Shown in pieces: positions 24,201 to 35,600 of a DNA stretch of 64,000 nucleotides. Both the position numbers and the translations under genes were made by a program. The stretch is from NCBI RefSeq assembly GCF_964204645.1, contig NC_134027.1, forward strand, positions 434,001 through 498,000, given 5' to 3'. Positions within the stretch are counted from its first letter, which is position 1, and every line of letters begins with the position of its first letter. The notes beneath the pieces are model-generated. The model saw only the letters and a list, made by a program, of their open reading frames with translations. It did no database searches and was not told the DNA's origin. This DNA is from Tubulanus polymorphus. Its lineage: Eukaryota > Animalia > Nemertea.

Positions 24201-27200
24201 AGTAAGTCAGGTTTAGGGAATAGATATTTAAACCTTGAGATGAAACCGATGTGATACAATTCCAGTAAGTCAGGTTTAGGGAATAGATATTTAAACCTTG
24301 AGATGAAACCGATGTGATACAATTCCAGTAAGTCAGGTTTAGGGAATAGATATTTAAACCTTGAGATTAAACCGATGTGATACAATTCCAGTAAGTCAGG
24401 TTTAGGGAATAGATATTTAAACCTTGAGATGAAACCGATGTAATACAATTCCAGTAAGTCAGGTTTAGGGAATAGATATTTAAACCTTGAGATGATACCG
24501 ATGTAATACAATTCCAGTAAGTCAGGTTTAGGGAATAGATATTTAAACCTTCAGATGATACCGATGTGATACAATTCCAGTAAGTCAGGTTTAGGGAATA
24601 GATATTTAAACCTTGAGATGAAACCGATGTGATACAATTCCAGTTAGTCAGGTTTAGGGAATAGATATTTAAACCTTGAGATGAAACCGATGTAATACAA
24701 TTCCAGTAAGTCAGGTTTAGGGAATAGATATTTAAACCTTGAGATGATACCGATGTAATACAATTCCAGTAAGTCAGGTTTAGGGAATAGATATTTAAAC
24801 CTTCAGATGAAACCGATGTGATACAATTCCAGTAAGTCAGGTTTAGGGAATAGATATTTAAACCTTGAGATGAAACCGATGTGATACAATTCCAGTTAGT
24901 CAGGTTTAGGGAATAGATATTTAAACCTTGCGATGATACCGATGTGATACAATCCCAGTAAGTCAGGTTTAGGGAATAGATATTTAAACCTTGAGATGAA
25001 ACCGATGTGATGCAATTCCAGTAAGTCAGGTTTAGGGAATAGATATTTAAACCTTGAGATGAAACCGATGTGATACAATTCCAGTAAGTCAGGTTTAGGG
25101 AATAGATATTTAAACCTTGAGATGAAACCGATGTGATACAATTCCAGTAAGTCAGGTTTAGGGAATAGATATTTAAACCTTCAGATGAAACCGATGTAAT
25201 ACAATTCCAGTAAGTCAGGTTTAGGGAATAGATATTTAAACCTTGAAATGAAACCGATGTGATACAATTCCAGTAAGTCAGGTTTAGGGAATAGATATTT
25301 TAACCTTGAGATGATACCGATGTGATACAATTCCAGTAAGTCAGGTTTAGGGAATAGATATTTAAACCTTGAGATGAAACCGATGTGATACAATTCCAGT
25401 AAGTCAGGTTTAGGGAATAGATATTTAAACCTTCAGATGATACCGATGAATTTAGCAATTTTGAATGAATTAAACCAATATGAGATTTCGATCCTAAGAA
25501 TATTGGAAGCTTGTGTTTAACGTTACTAAATAGTAATATTATATAAAGCTAGAAGGACACGAGGGTATCCATTTTTTTGCCCGATCGCAACGATTAAATT
25601 CGCCGGTGAATTTATACGCCCGATACGAGCGGGTACCGATCTATCTATAAATCGGCCGTCACGGTGATTTCGTCGCCCGCCGACATTAAACATGTTCGAT
25701 ATTTACGCCGGTGTTCGGGTCACTTGTTAATTCGCTCGTCTTGTCGGCAAGCTTAAAAAGATTTAGAAAAAACTACAAATTCTCATTCCTGAATAAACTG
25801 GATTCACCTGGGTTCAGTTTCATGAGACACAGTTCAAACTGCTCTTGAATTTGAGTTTGTAATTAATGTATGTGATTATAATGAATTGTATTTTTGTTTT
25901 ACAGCTTTGGCATTTCGGTTAAGTCGTGCGTTCCGGCGGGAGGAGTTCGTCAGAATATTTCTACCGGAGTGTAAGTAGTTTAAAACTATTTTCATACAAT
26001 ATCATTTAGTGTGACGTGTGTTACTGATTCAGGCACGGATCCAGGAATGTTTCCAAGACAGGGTTCATAAAAATGCTGACTAAAATCTCTAATAATAGCC
26101 GGGGCCTATACGGCATATTTTTTGGCCAAACATAAGGCCTTTTTTTAATAGCATGGTTTGGTTGCTCCCAAAATTTGAAGAAACATAAAATAAAAAAGAA
26201 TTAGAAAAAAAATTTTTTATTCCTGTCTGTGAAACAAACTCAGTGAAAAACCGAGCAAAAAAGATTTTTCACCTCGGCCGAATGAGAATCCAGGATTGAA
26301 CGATGAAACAATTGAAAAACGCGAGGTTCTTTTTTGATCGCAGTGTGCAGAATTCAAACTTTCCAAACTTTTAGACACATGTATATTGCCCTATTGACAG
26401 TTCCCTCTTCCTTCTAAAAGTGATTTTATCTCACTGAGGGAATTTAAAAAAAATTTTCTCTGAAATGATATGGTAGCGTTTTTTTTTTGCTTTAAAAATT
26501 TTTTGGTAGCCGATCAGCGGGGTCACGACCCCTGAAACCCTCCCTGGATCCGCGCCTATGATATCTCCTCAAAATCTAATAAAAACTTTCAATGAATTAA
26601 TGCTGTAATGACGATATGTAGCCATCTGTCTATTTGAATGCATTTGCAAAAAGCCAAAAAGAAATAGTAGCAGAATTTTGGCTAAAAGTTTAGAATACCC
26701 AAATTCAACATTGCTTGCAGCAGACGGAATTTCCGCCATTTTGGTTAACAGGGGATTCCCCCCTCCGGTACTTCCCATGATCAATAGTGTCTATGACGCG
26801 TTGCGTACGGAATGCCATGGAATTCCCTCACATGATTTATGATAATAATGTTTACTTGCATTCTGATTGGTTAAAATCGCGTGTAGTTTGAACGTAGGCA
26901 ATGTTTACATTTGTAACGTCACCGGCGAGTCGCTGACATTAACGTAGTCATTAAGTTAACATTATCTTGCACTGAATGGTGATATCAATCGCATTCATTT
27001 TATAAATATTTTGAATATGAATTTGTTTTTATATATCAACTGCGAGTAACAGTGTTACGCTATTGAGTCTTAAGAGACAGCCTTTATGGACCTTATTGGT
27101 TGTTATAACTCACAAGCTGACTGAGTTAGCATTCTGGATCCGTCAGATTAGTTACTTCTAGAAAATATGTTAGTCACATTTTCTGACTATATTCTGGAAA

Positions 27201-29476
27201 ACAGTGGAAGCTTGTATCCACCCTAGATTAGAACCAATCAGAATAGAACCAATCAGAATACACTATTTTACAGAAAATGTATTTATGACAATTGCGTAAG
27301 GTTTTAGTAAAATAGTGTTTTTTCTCGAGTAGTTGCCGAAGAAGCATAAAAATTTGATTCAATTTCATTCAGATTTAAACAAACAAATCGAATTTCATTT
27401 CATTCAGCGCAAACTTCAAATCTAATTAAAATTTTGTTCAGTATGAATAAGTTGCAAATCATTGAGAGGAAAAAATAATTAATTGTGTTACTTAAAAAAA
27501 TCACAATTGTACTGTGTTTATCAAAACAGGAGACCACAGGACCTTTGGTCCTCTAGTATTCTTTTCCTAGTTATTCCAAAAACACTAAAACAGTCCAATC
27601 AGCGATCGCTGCCAGACCAACACGATTACATTAAAATCAAACTTAAGTAACATCAGGCGCCCCCTGTTGGAATAATATTCATAGCCGTAGCATCGAAACC
27701 ATTCGACTTGTTGTTTAATGTATTTCTCTCTATTTTTATTTTACAGTGGTGAAAATTTTAGAAGAATGTCCGTTTGGGGACTTGGTGGGGGAATTCAAAA
27801 GAAACTTGGTTCCCGATAGGATACCACCACCGGTTAATCCTATGTCGCCCGCTGCTGCCCCTCCCCCACGTCCATTAAATTCGCCTCAGCAGCGGCCTGT
27901 CAGACAGCCGCCCCCGGCCGCCACTCGTTCGTCAGACAGAGTCCGGGGACGGCTGTTTGAAGGAGATCTGACGGAGGTAAGAATCTTTATTTGTTTTCAT
28001 ATTTTATTCAGGATATCAGTTGAAGTTCAGCAAATAAATTACCAGACCTGTAAACAGAAGAGTAGTTATAAATTTCCATTTGCGGGTAAAACCCCATAGT
28101 CGAAAACCTTCAGTTATTGATCTATATCTGCTTAAGACCAATGGTTGTACACACGAGTGCGAAAACTTATCGCTCAAACTTTGATTGTATCCATGGTAAC
28201 GCGTACAGTATACTATGCGTGACTTACCGTTTCCTATCACTGGAATACAATACTGTTTTTGACCATGAGCGCCATCTGCGGCGGTCATAACGGACTGACT
28301 GGTGATTGGCTGAAATGCTCGTCTACCGTGGTGACGATTATTCGGTGTTACACGTGCAGCAGACATGTCTCTGAATATCTAACATTTGATTGTTGTAACT
28401 CATCGGGAAAAATGTGTTTATGAGTCGATTGAGAAAATTGGCTGCGTACGTCAAGAAGGCGGCTGATATTTGTATCGTGTGACCCCTCGTCCCGGTAATA
28501 TGCCGACCCATGTACACCTGAGACCAGTTGCATAGTCAGAGCTTAGAATTAAGACCGTTCTAAGACCAACTTAGTTCTATAGCCAATCTAATAACTTAAG
28601 ACCAGTCTTTAGATTTAAGACCACTTTTGGACTTAAGTCTTGACCATGGAATCGGCCCCAGATGCTTATTCCGCTGTATTGGATGCTGACGTGCTCGTGT
28701 CTTCCAGCAATGTTGTTATTCACCAAAAATATCATGTTTTGTTCGAATAACACGATTCATCTGAGTCTGGGTTTAACGGATGACACGTTCAAACAGAACT
28801 ACGAAATCAATATCAGAAGTCCTTTTATATTGAAACGGTCCCAGAAGTCCCTGTTATAATGGGTACTTTTTCAAAAAAAGTAACGAGAACTCCGATGGCT
28901 TTCCGTTTTCACCGAACTATTTCTATGAGCGTCACTCGTAGATTTACCGAAACGCCACCTTGTGGCACGATATCCTAACTACGTATAGGTGTTTTATTTG
29001 CTGAATCGCTGGTTTCTCATTCTGATTTTTTATGTAGTGTTTAATTTTATACTAAACAAATTTTTCACTTTTTCTCTTTACAGACACGACCACCGCCAAA
29101 AAAAACTAGAACTAAAAGGAAAAGAAAAGTTGCGGTCGTCGTGGCTCCGCAGGGAGGAGGAGCAAGAGTGGTCCCGGCGGATGGTGCGGCTGACGAAGGT
29201 AATCGGGAGGAAGGGGAGGGGATAAATAGGAAGCGGCCGAGGAGGGATGGTGGTGGGGCTGGGGATGGTGCGGGTCCTGCTCCTCCTGCTCCTCCATCCG
29301 TATCTCGGGCGGTCACTCGTTCACTCGCCAAAAAGCTGGCGAGTGAACGAGTGGCCCGAGAGGTAGAGGTGGTGGCCCGACATACGGATGGAATGTGGGA
29401 GGAGCGGCTTCGTTCGGGGACAATTCCGGATTTGTTAACTGATTTAAAAAATATTCTTTCAGTGAAGGGATATTAG
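13964..29476 (+). CDS. Spliced orphan gene, ~337 aa low-complexity putative nuclear protein. Exons: 13964-14026, 15172-15258, 15819-15857, 16234-16260, 18176-18214, 18425-18494, 25905-25970, 27747-27976, 29084-29476
   Basis: All introns are polypyrimidine-AG / GTAAG. Phases 0,0,0,0,0,1,1,0 join into one stop-free ORF of 1014 nt: MPKAIKKTRGVGPSTSSPYNK RTQ17KFDISMSGID FLPTTPPSGTSTP DLSPIQHVD RQFASEAGSPSLN LSNNSSSSSAPLPPETPPDLQAR TLAFRLSRAFRREEFVRIFLPE LVKILEECPFGDLVGEFKRNLVPDRIPPP..RVRGRLFEGDLTE TRPPPKKTRTKRKRK..WEERLRSGTIPDLLTDLKNILSVKGY. Confidence 0.85.
14092..14198. mobile_element. PIF/Harbinger-like MITE
   Basis: TIR ggtccagtttcacaaa / tttgtgaaactgggcc with 3-bp TSD CTG. Nearly fully palindromic. 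Confidence 0.85.
14760..14903. mobile_element. Tc1/mariner (pogo-like) MITE
   Basis: ta|cagcagactc ... gagtctactg|ta, TA TSD. Confidence 0.75.
17113..17421. mobile_element. MITE with AT TSD (ISL2EU-like)
   Basis: at|gggatacccgca ... tgcgggtatccc|at, 12-bp perfect TIR. Confidence 0.75.
17808..18025. mobile_element. Degenerate hAT-like MITE
   Basis: caggtccgtagc / gctacgttcctg termini. No clear TSD. Confidence 0.5.
18986..19330 (+). pseudogene. DIRS gag N-terminal Cys-rich region, frameshifted
   Basis: MPLPAKVQRRHREGCGHLFGP / DYVLCSSCLATSG..TCGLWSEDLWVRAEK resembles the zinc-finger-like start of DIRS gag. Confidence 0.55.
19330..20130 (+). repeat. 40-bp minisatellite, ~20 copies, inside the DIRS gag region
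   Basis: Unit gggaactgtacatccagtccggtccggtccaggcatcact. Confidence 0.95.
20292..20772 (+). repeat. 35-bp minisatellite, ~13.7 copies
   Basis: Unit cacgtcgagggaccgtttaggaagttcacgtcttt. Confidence 0.96.
21025..21624 (+). mobile_element. HINE / non-autonomous Helentron nested in the DIRS element
   Basis: Starts tttttacccct..aggggtaaaa (inverted repeat), has internal repeats with aggtcatccaagatggcc, and ends in a cttgac..gtcaag hairpin followed by tctagtt. Confidence 0.65.
21940..22135 (+). repeat. GC-rich degenerate repeat (aaggtYcagctccggctccggcagctc)
   Basis: Tandem 21-33 nt units in the DIRS gag/pol junction. Confidence 0.85.
22430..23190 (+). pseudogene. DIRS-type reverse transcriptase relic
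   Basis: Fragments LKDLAKKRAIEPV..GWFS; LDLKDAYFQVPVHP; GCQFQFRSLPIGLSTA; PWVFT; LQSR|SICLLVYLDDWLLV; VN*VKSHWMPSQ. Multiple frameshifts and stops. Confidence 0.9.
22828..22987. mobile_element. Harbinger-like MITE interrupting the RT
   Basis: cag|ggctgggtttcataga ... tctatgaaaccgggtc|ctg. Removing it restores the frame into YLDD. Confidence 0.8.
23516..23610 (+). mobile_element. Penelope-like 3' end with a degenerate hammerhead ribozyme motif
   Basis: cac-CTGATGA-ag..cc-CAAA-gctt-gtg followed by aataaa..gtta..gtcctataa. Core GAAA is changed to CAAA. Confidence 0.5.
23628..25448 (+). repeat. 63-bp satellite, ~29 highly homogeneous copies, intronic
   Basis: Unit aattccagtaagtcaggtttagggaatagatatttaaaccttgagatgaaaccgatgtgatac. 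Confidence 0.98.
26030..26560. mobile_element. Non-autonomous DNA transposon (hAT-like termini)
   Basis: aggcacggatccagg / cctggatccgcgcct. Confidence 0.6.
28521..28658. mobile_element. Harbinger-like MITE
   Basis: ctg|agaccagttgcatagtc ... gaccatggaatcggccc|cag with internal ttaagacc repeats. Confidence 0.6.
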
Positions 29477-29952
29477 GTGCCTTGAACGCATGAGTCGTTC
29501 ATGCGCGCCTAATATGCCTTCACTGAAAGAAAATCAACTATAACATGTACCACATATTTTTTGATTTAATTTTAGTCCAATTCCACAATTATTTCGGCTT
29601 TCAATAGTGTCTTCAATTCTTTAAAGCCCAAAGCACCTTTTTGACTCAACATCCAGTATGAAGGTGGTCGGGAATTGGGCCTGTTTTCTTCGATTTTTGT
29701 ATCCCGCCCAGCATACTGGTTGTTGACTCGAAAAGGTGCTCGCTCTGGGAGCTTATCAAAGGCAGGTGATGGGAAAGGTGCCATCACACACTCTCCTTTG
29801 ATAAGTTTCCTAGAGTGTCACGGGCTTTAACGGATTGAATTCACTATAATACCAATTTTCCAAAATCAATTTAATTTCTTTCAGGCCATTCTTTTTCCAT
29901 GTTTTTCTGGTACATGTTATGGTTGATTTCCATTTTCGAAAATCCGGAATTG
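29421..29952. mobile_element. TIR element inserted in the last coding exon
   Basis: 13-bp TIR caattccggattt / aaatccggaattg, inner inverted repeat aaatcaactataacatgtacca / tggtacatgttatggttgattt, and a ~77-bp hairpin at 29454-29531. Confidence 0.7.
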
Positions 29953-30119
29953 AAGCCGTTCGAAGTCGGGGGGATGGTGGTGGGGTTGGGTTAGTTTAGG
30001 GTTCCTCTCTGATTACCTTCTTTAGCTCATCATCCGTGCAGGTGGCGCTTGCTCTTCTAGCCGGTGTTCCCTGGGGTAAACATTTTAAATTAAAAAAATA
30101 AAAAATTTAAAAAAAATTA

Positions 30120-30710
30120 TAAAATCTTTAAAAATCTCATCTCATTTCATCCAATTTATTTATTTGCGGGTGCGATCCCTATCGCACCCATTCATGTCAT
30201 TCATCCAAAAAAAATTAAAAACTAGAAAAGAAAAAAAAATATAAAAATTTAAAAAATCTCATCTCATTTCATCCAATTTATTTATTTGCGGGTGCGATTC
30301 CTATCGCACCCATTCATGTCATTCATCCAAAAAAAATTAAAAAATTAAAAACAAAATAGAAAATTATAAAATCTTAAAAAATCTCATCTCATTTCATCCA
30401 ATTTATTTGCGGGTGCGATTCCTATCGCACCCATTCATGTCATTCATCCAAAAAAAATTATAAAAATTAAAAACAAAATAGAAAATTATAAAATCTTAAA
30501 AAATCTCATCTCATTTCATCCAATTTATTTGCGGGTGCGATTCCTATCGCACCCATTCATGTCATTCATCCAAAAAAAATTAAAAACTAAAAAGGAAAAA
30601 AAATTATAAAAATTTAAAAAATGTCATCTCATTTCATCCAATTTATTTGCGGGTGCGATTCCTATCGCACCCATTCATGTCATTCATCCAAAAAAAATTT
30701 AAAAACTAGA
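30120..30710 (+). repeat. ~121-bp tandem repeat, 5 copies, each with a GC hairpin
   Basis: gggtgcgat-tcct-atcgcaccc separated by A-tract spacers. Confidence 0.93.
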
Positions 30711-30712
30711 AA

Positions 30713-30902
30713 TTAAAGTTCTAAGTTTGTTGTTAGATTCTATTCAAAGAACGTTGTAAAGTTCTTAATTTGTCGTAAAAAACGTTTGAAAAAAAGAACT
30801 TCTTAAAGTTCTAAGTTTGTTGTTAGATTCTATTCAAAGAACGTTGTAAAGTTCTTAATTTGTCGTAAAAAACGTTTGAAAAAAAGAACTTCTTAAAGTT
30901 CT
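30713..30902 (+). repeat. 90-bp tandem duplication, ~2.1 copies
   Basis: ttaaagttct at 30713 and 30803, with a partial third copy. Confidence 0.9.
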
Positions 30903-31049
30903 CAATCTGCCGTAAAATGCAATTGAAAAGATTATAACTCACATGAAAATTAAAATGATAAAATAATTGATAAATAATCATTAATAAAAATTGAACTTTG
31001 GTCTCGCAATGTTTCCCCGTTATGCATTTTTTACTCGTCGTCAAACATC

Positions 31050-31640
31050 CGCAGCTCATCGTCGATACTCGCAGCTCGATACACAACAGCAGTTCGTCGT
31101 CGATACACACCAGCAGTTCGATACACGCCAGCAGCTCGATACTCACCAGCAGCTCGTCGTCGATACACACCAGCAGTTCGTCGTCGATACACACCAGCAG
31201 TTCGTCGTCGATACAGACCAGCAGTTCGTCGTCGATACACACCAGCAGTTCGTTGTCGATACAAACCAGCAGTTCGATACTCACCAACAGCTCGATACAC
31301 GCCAGCAGTTCGTCGTCGATACACACCAGCAGTTCGTCGTCGATACACACCAGCAGTTCGTCGTCGATACACACCAGCAGTTAGTCATCGATACACACCA
31401 GCAGTTCGTCGTCGATACACACCAGCAGCTCGATACACACCAGCAGTTCGTCGACACTCACCAGCAGCTCGTCGTCGATACACACCAGCAGTTCGTTGTC
31501 GATACACACCAGCAGTTCGATACTCACCAGCAGCTCGATACACACCAGCAGCTCGTCGATACTCACCAGCAGCTCGATACTCACCAGCAGCTCGTCGTCG
31601 ATACACACCAGCAGCTCGATACACACCAGCAGCTTGATAC
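31050..31640 (+). repeat. 18/21/24-nt minisatellite (gatacWcaccagcagYtc(gtc)n), open in several frames
   Basis: Translates as (DTHQQFVV)n on + and (CIDDELLV)n on -. Confidence 0.95.
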
Positions 31641-32609
31641 CAAAACAGCTTTTAGCTGGTGAAAACCTACCCCCCCATCGGGGTTAAACATGATCAAGCT
31701 ATTATTCTAGGAATATAACTGTTGCAAGGGAAGTTAAGATTCATTAACCTAAACTTGATACAAAGAGATTATTGCTAATTATGAATTTCAAGGGTTTAAA
31801 AACTGATTTAAAAATCTTGAAAGACGCTCGGTCTCACTAGAGATTTTCATTTTAAAGATTTATTGTCCTCTTACTATTGTTTAGGTGATCTATAATTTGG
31901 TAAATGCTGCTGTTGGAAAGATGCCAGAAGAAAGTTGATTCATGCACATCTTCACTTCACGTATTTATTGCACAAGGCGCCGACTTGCACCTGCACTACA
32001 CCATTCACACTTCATCACTTCTGCATCTTTATCAATTAATTCTGGCATCTATTTGAAAATTACTTTAAACATCAGATCTCAAACTGAAACATTGAGGTAT
32101 TGAATTTCAAACTGAAATATCGAGCTATCGAATCTCGATCTCAAATGTTTACTGGAAGCCATATTTGATGTTGTATTATTCATCATAGATTGTTTAGTGT
32201 TTTCTGGCATATGCGGGCCATTTAAGATGGTCAGATAAATTCCCCGGTGGAAAATATATCTCGTGGAAGAGTCATGGAAATGAAAAATATCTTATGTAGA
32301 TGTGAAGTTAGGAACCTTGCAACAGTTATTCCACCTGAGGATAATTTGATATAAGATGAATCAGTTATTGGATCATTTAACTGAAGCCAAATATAGTGAA
32401 AAATCTTAGTACAAATTTGTCTCAAACTACAATTGAAAGGACTTATCACAGTTCTAATTCGACTCTAGGTGCGTTCAGAAGAACTTCTTAACAGTGAAAA
32501 AACTTGACTAAAAATCAGGAATCGACCCTGTTCATTGATAAGATTTGATCTTTATTTGAAGATTAAGAATCAAACTCGCTAATTCACAATTTTTGGTAGT
32601 AAATACTGT

Positions 32610-32812
32610 TGATCCATCATATTCGCAGCCCCCGTGGGCTTACCAATCCATCATACGTGCAGCCCCCTTGGGCTTACCAGTCTATCATACTCGCAGCCCC
32701 AGTGGGCTTATCAATCCATCATACGTGCAGCCCCCTTGGGCTTACCAGTCTATCATACTCGCAGCCCCAGTGGGCTTACCAGTCCATCATACGTGCAGCC
32801 CCCTTGGGCTGA
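32610..32812 (+). repeat. 37/38-bp dimeric minisatellite (75-bp higher-order unit)
   Basis: atccatcatacgtgcagcccccttgggcttacca alternating with gtctatcatactcgcagccccagtgggctta. Confidence 0.9.
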
Positions 32813-33529
32813 ATTTGAATATTTGATACGCGACGCGCGTGATTGAAGCTTTGTTTATGTTCGTGCTTGCCGCGATGAATTGTCATAAATATATCCTCCG
32901 TACTGGAGGACCATGAAAAGGTTTGAAGGGATCCCTAGTTAGCGCCTGTCCAGGTTTGGCTCTGGACCCGCTTGTTCGACTAGGCATCTTGTTGGAAATT
33001 TTGTCGACTGAAACTTTCGTAACTTTCGTTTTAGACCTCACTTAGAAACCGCCTTGTTCTTCTGCCGTAGATGTTGACTGTGTCGTACCCACAGTAGTAT
33101 CATTTGAGATCTTCAAAGTCTCATTAGCCATCTTAAATTCAAATAGTTTCGGACATTTGAGGTCCTCATCAACTCCGGGTCTTCATTCAACTGCAGTTAC
33201 TGCCATTTGCCAGTGTCTGATGTAGAAGTGTCTGACTTGACATTTTGATTTTCAGAATTAAAACCTTTTTCTATTAAAGAAATTAGATATTGGTTAAAAA
33301 AAACGAGTGAATAATTGTTTGTAAGAAAAAAGAAAATCTTGTTAGAAAAAAATATAGATGTAAAAAAATATTGATGTAAGAAAAAAAAGTATATTGTAAA
33401 TCGACGAGACAACAGAACCAGCATCAGCAACAACAACATCAGAGGAAGCAGTAACCAGTTATTTATCAGCTCCATAAATTACTGAAACGAAATCCACAAC
33501 TTGGAAACCAGACACACTCGACTCTAGAA

Positions 33530-35600
33530 TTGTTTATACAACTGTCAACATGGAGTTCATCTCACAAGCAAATTAGGTAATTATCTTATGATTTTGTATG
33601 AAATGCTAATTTTACATTTTTGCATTTAAGTTTAAATGAGTTTAAAATCACGTTTCATTTGTTGTTTATTTTATCGTTTCAGTTTTCAATTTGCCGAGAT
33701 TAGTCGTCAGAAAACTGTTACAATGGAAACTAAGATAACAAAAACTTGATTCGGCAAAGATTGAAGAAATCTTGTGAAGAGATTGTTCATAGAACTGTCA
33801 ACATGGAGTTCATCTCCCAAGTAAATTAGGTAATTATCTTATGAAATTGGATGAATTGCCGATTTTACATTTTTGCATTTCAAGTAGGTGTAATTGAATG
33901 TTTGTCAACCTAACTCTTATAAAACTGTGTTAACCGTTGAACAGGATTCTAGAACTGTGCAGAATACCCGTTATCGCTGCTTTGCAGCTATATTTATCTT
34001 ATGATTTTGTATGAAATGCTAATTTTTGCATTTACGTTTAAATGAGTTTAAAATCACGTTTCATTTGTTGTTTATTTTGTCTTTTCAGTTTTCAATTTGC
34101 CGAGATCAGTGGTCAGAAAACTGTTACAACGGAAACTAATGTATCAAAGACTTGATTTGGCAAAGATTGAAGAAATCCTGCGAAAAGATTATTCATGAAT
34201 TGTTCATACAACTGTCAACATGGAGTTCATCTCACAAGCAAATTAGGTAATTATCTCATGATTTTGTATGAAATGCTAATTTTTACATTTTTGCATTTAA
34301 GTTTAAATGAGTTTAAAATCACGTTTCATTTGTTTTTTATTTTGTCGTTTCAGTTTTCAATTTGCCGAGATTGGTCGTCAGAAAACTGTTAAAATGGAAA
34401 CTAAGATAACAAAAACTTGATTCGGCAAAGATTGAAGAAATCTTGCGAAGAGATTGTTCATAGAACTGTCAACATGGAGTTCATCTCACAAGCAAATTAG
34501 GTAATTATCTTATGAAATTGGATGAATTGCCGATTTTACATTTTTGCATATCAAGTAGGTGTAATTGAATGTTTGTCAACCTAACTCTTATAAAACTGTG
34601 TTAACCGTTGAACAGGATTCTAGAACTGTGCAGAAAACCCGTTATCGCTGCTTTGCAGCTATATTTATCTTATGATTTTGTATGAAATGCTAATTTTTGC
34701 ATTTACGTTTAAATGATTTTAAAATCATGTTTCATTTGTTGTTTATTTTGTCTTTTCAGTTTTCAATTTGCCGAGATCAGTCGTCAGAAAACTGTTACAA
34801 CGGAAACTAAGATATCAAAGACTTGATTTGGCAAAGATTGAAGAAATCCTGCGAAAAGATTATTCATGAATTGTTCATACAACTGTCAACATGGAGTTCA
34901 TCTCACAAGCAAATTAGGTAATTATCTCATGATTTTGTATGAAATGCTAATTTTTACATTTTTACATTTAAGTTTAAATGAGTTTAAAATCACGTTTCAT
35001 TTGTTGTTTATTTTGTCTTTTCAGTTTTCAATTTGCCGAGATTAGTCGTCAGAAAACTGTTACAACAGAAACTAAGATATCAAAGACTTGATTTGGCAAA
35101 GATTGAAGAAATCCTGCGAAAAGATTATTCATGAATTGTTCATACAACTGTCAACATGGAGTTCATCTCACAAGCAAATTAGGTAATTATCTCATGATTT
35201 TGTATGAAATGCTAATTTTTACATTTTTACATTTAAGTTTAAATGAGTTTAAAATCACGTTTCATTTGTTGTTTATTTTGTCTTTCCAGTTTTCAATTTG
35301 CCGAGATCAGTCGTCAGAAAACTGTTACAACGGAAACTAAGATATCAAAGACTTGATTTCGGCAAAGATTGAAGAAATCCTGCGAAGAGATTATTCATGA
35401 ATTGTTCATACAACTGTCAACATGGAGTTCATCTCACAAGCAAATTAGGTAATTATCTTATGATTTTGTATGAAATGCTAAATTTTACTCGTTATTTTTT
35501 TACTAATAAGTTGACTTTGAAATCTTTATTTATTTCTTGTTTATTTTGTCTTTTCAGTTTTGAATTTGCCAAGATTCACATGTAGCAGATATAATGGAAT
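33530..35600 (+). ncRNA. Second array of duplicated exon-intron modules (putative spliced lncRNA)
   Basis: Seven donors aaattag|gtaatt (33577 to ~35449) and seven acceptors ttYcag|ttttSaatttgcc. Periods ~266 and ~671 bp. Exons contain stops. Confidence 0.55.

Noticed and set aside
23669-25393. Minus-strand ORFs (YHIGFISRFKYLFPKPDLLEL)n
   Set aside because: By-product of a 63-bp (21-codon) satellite. Recurrent variants create stops and there is no ATG or splice context.
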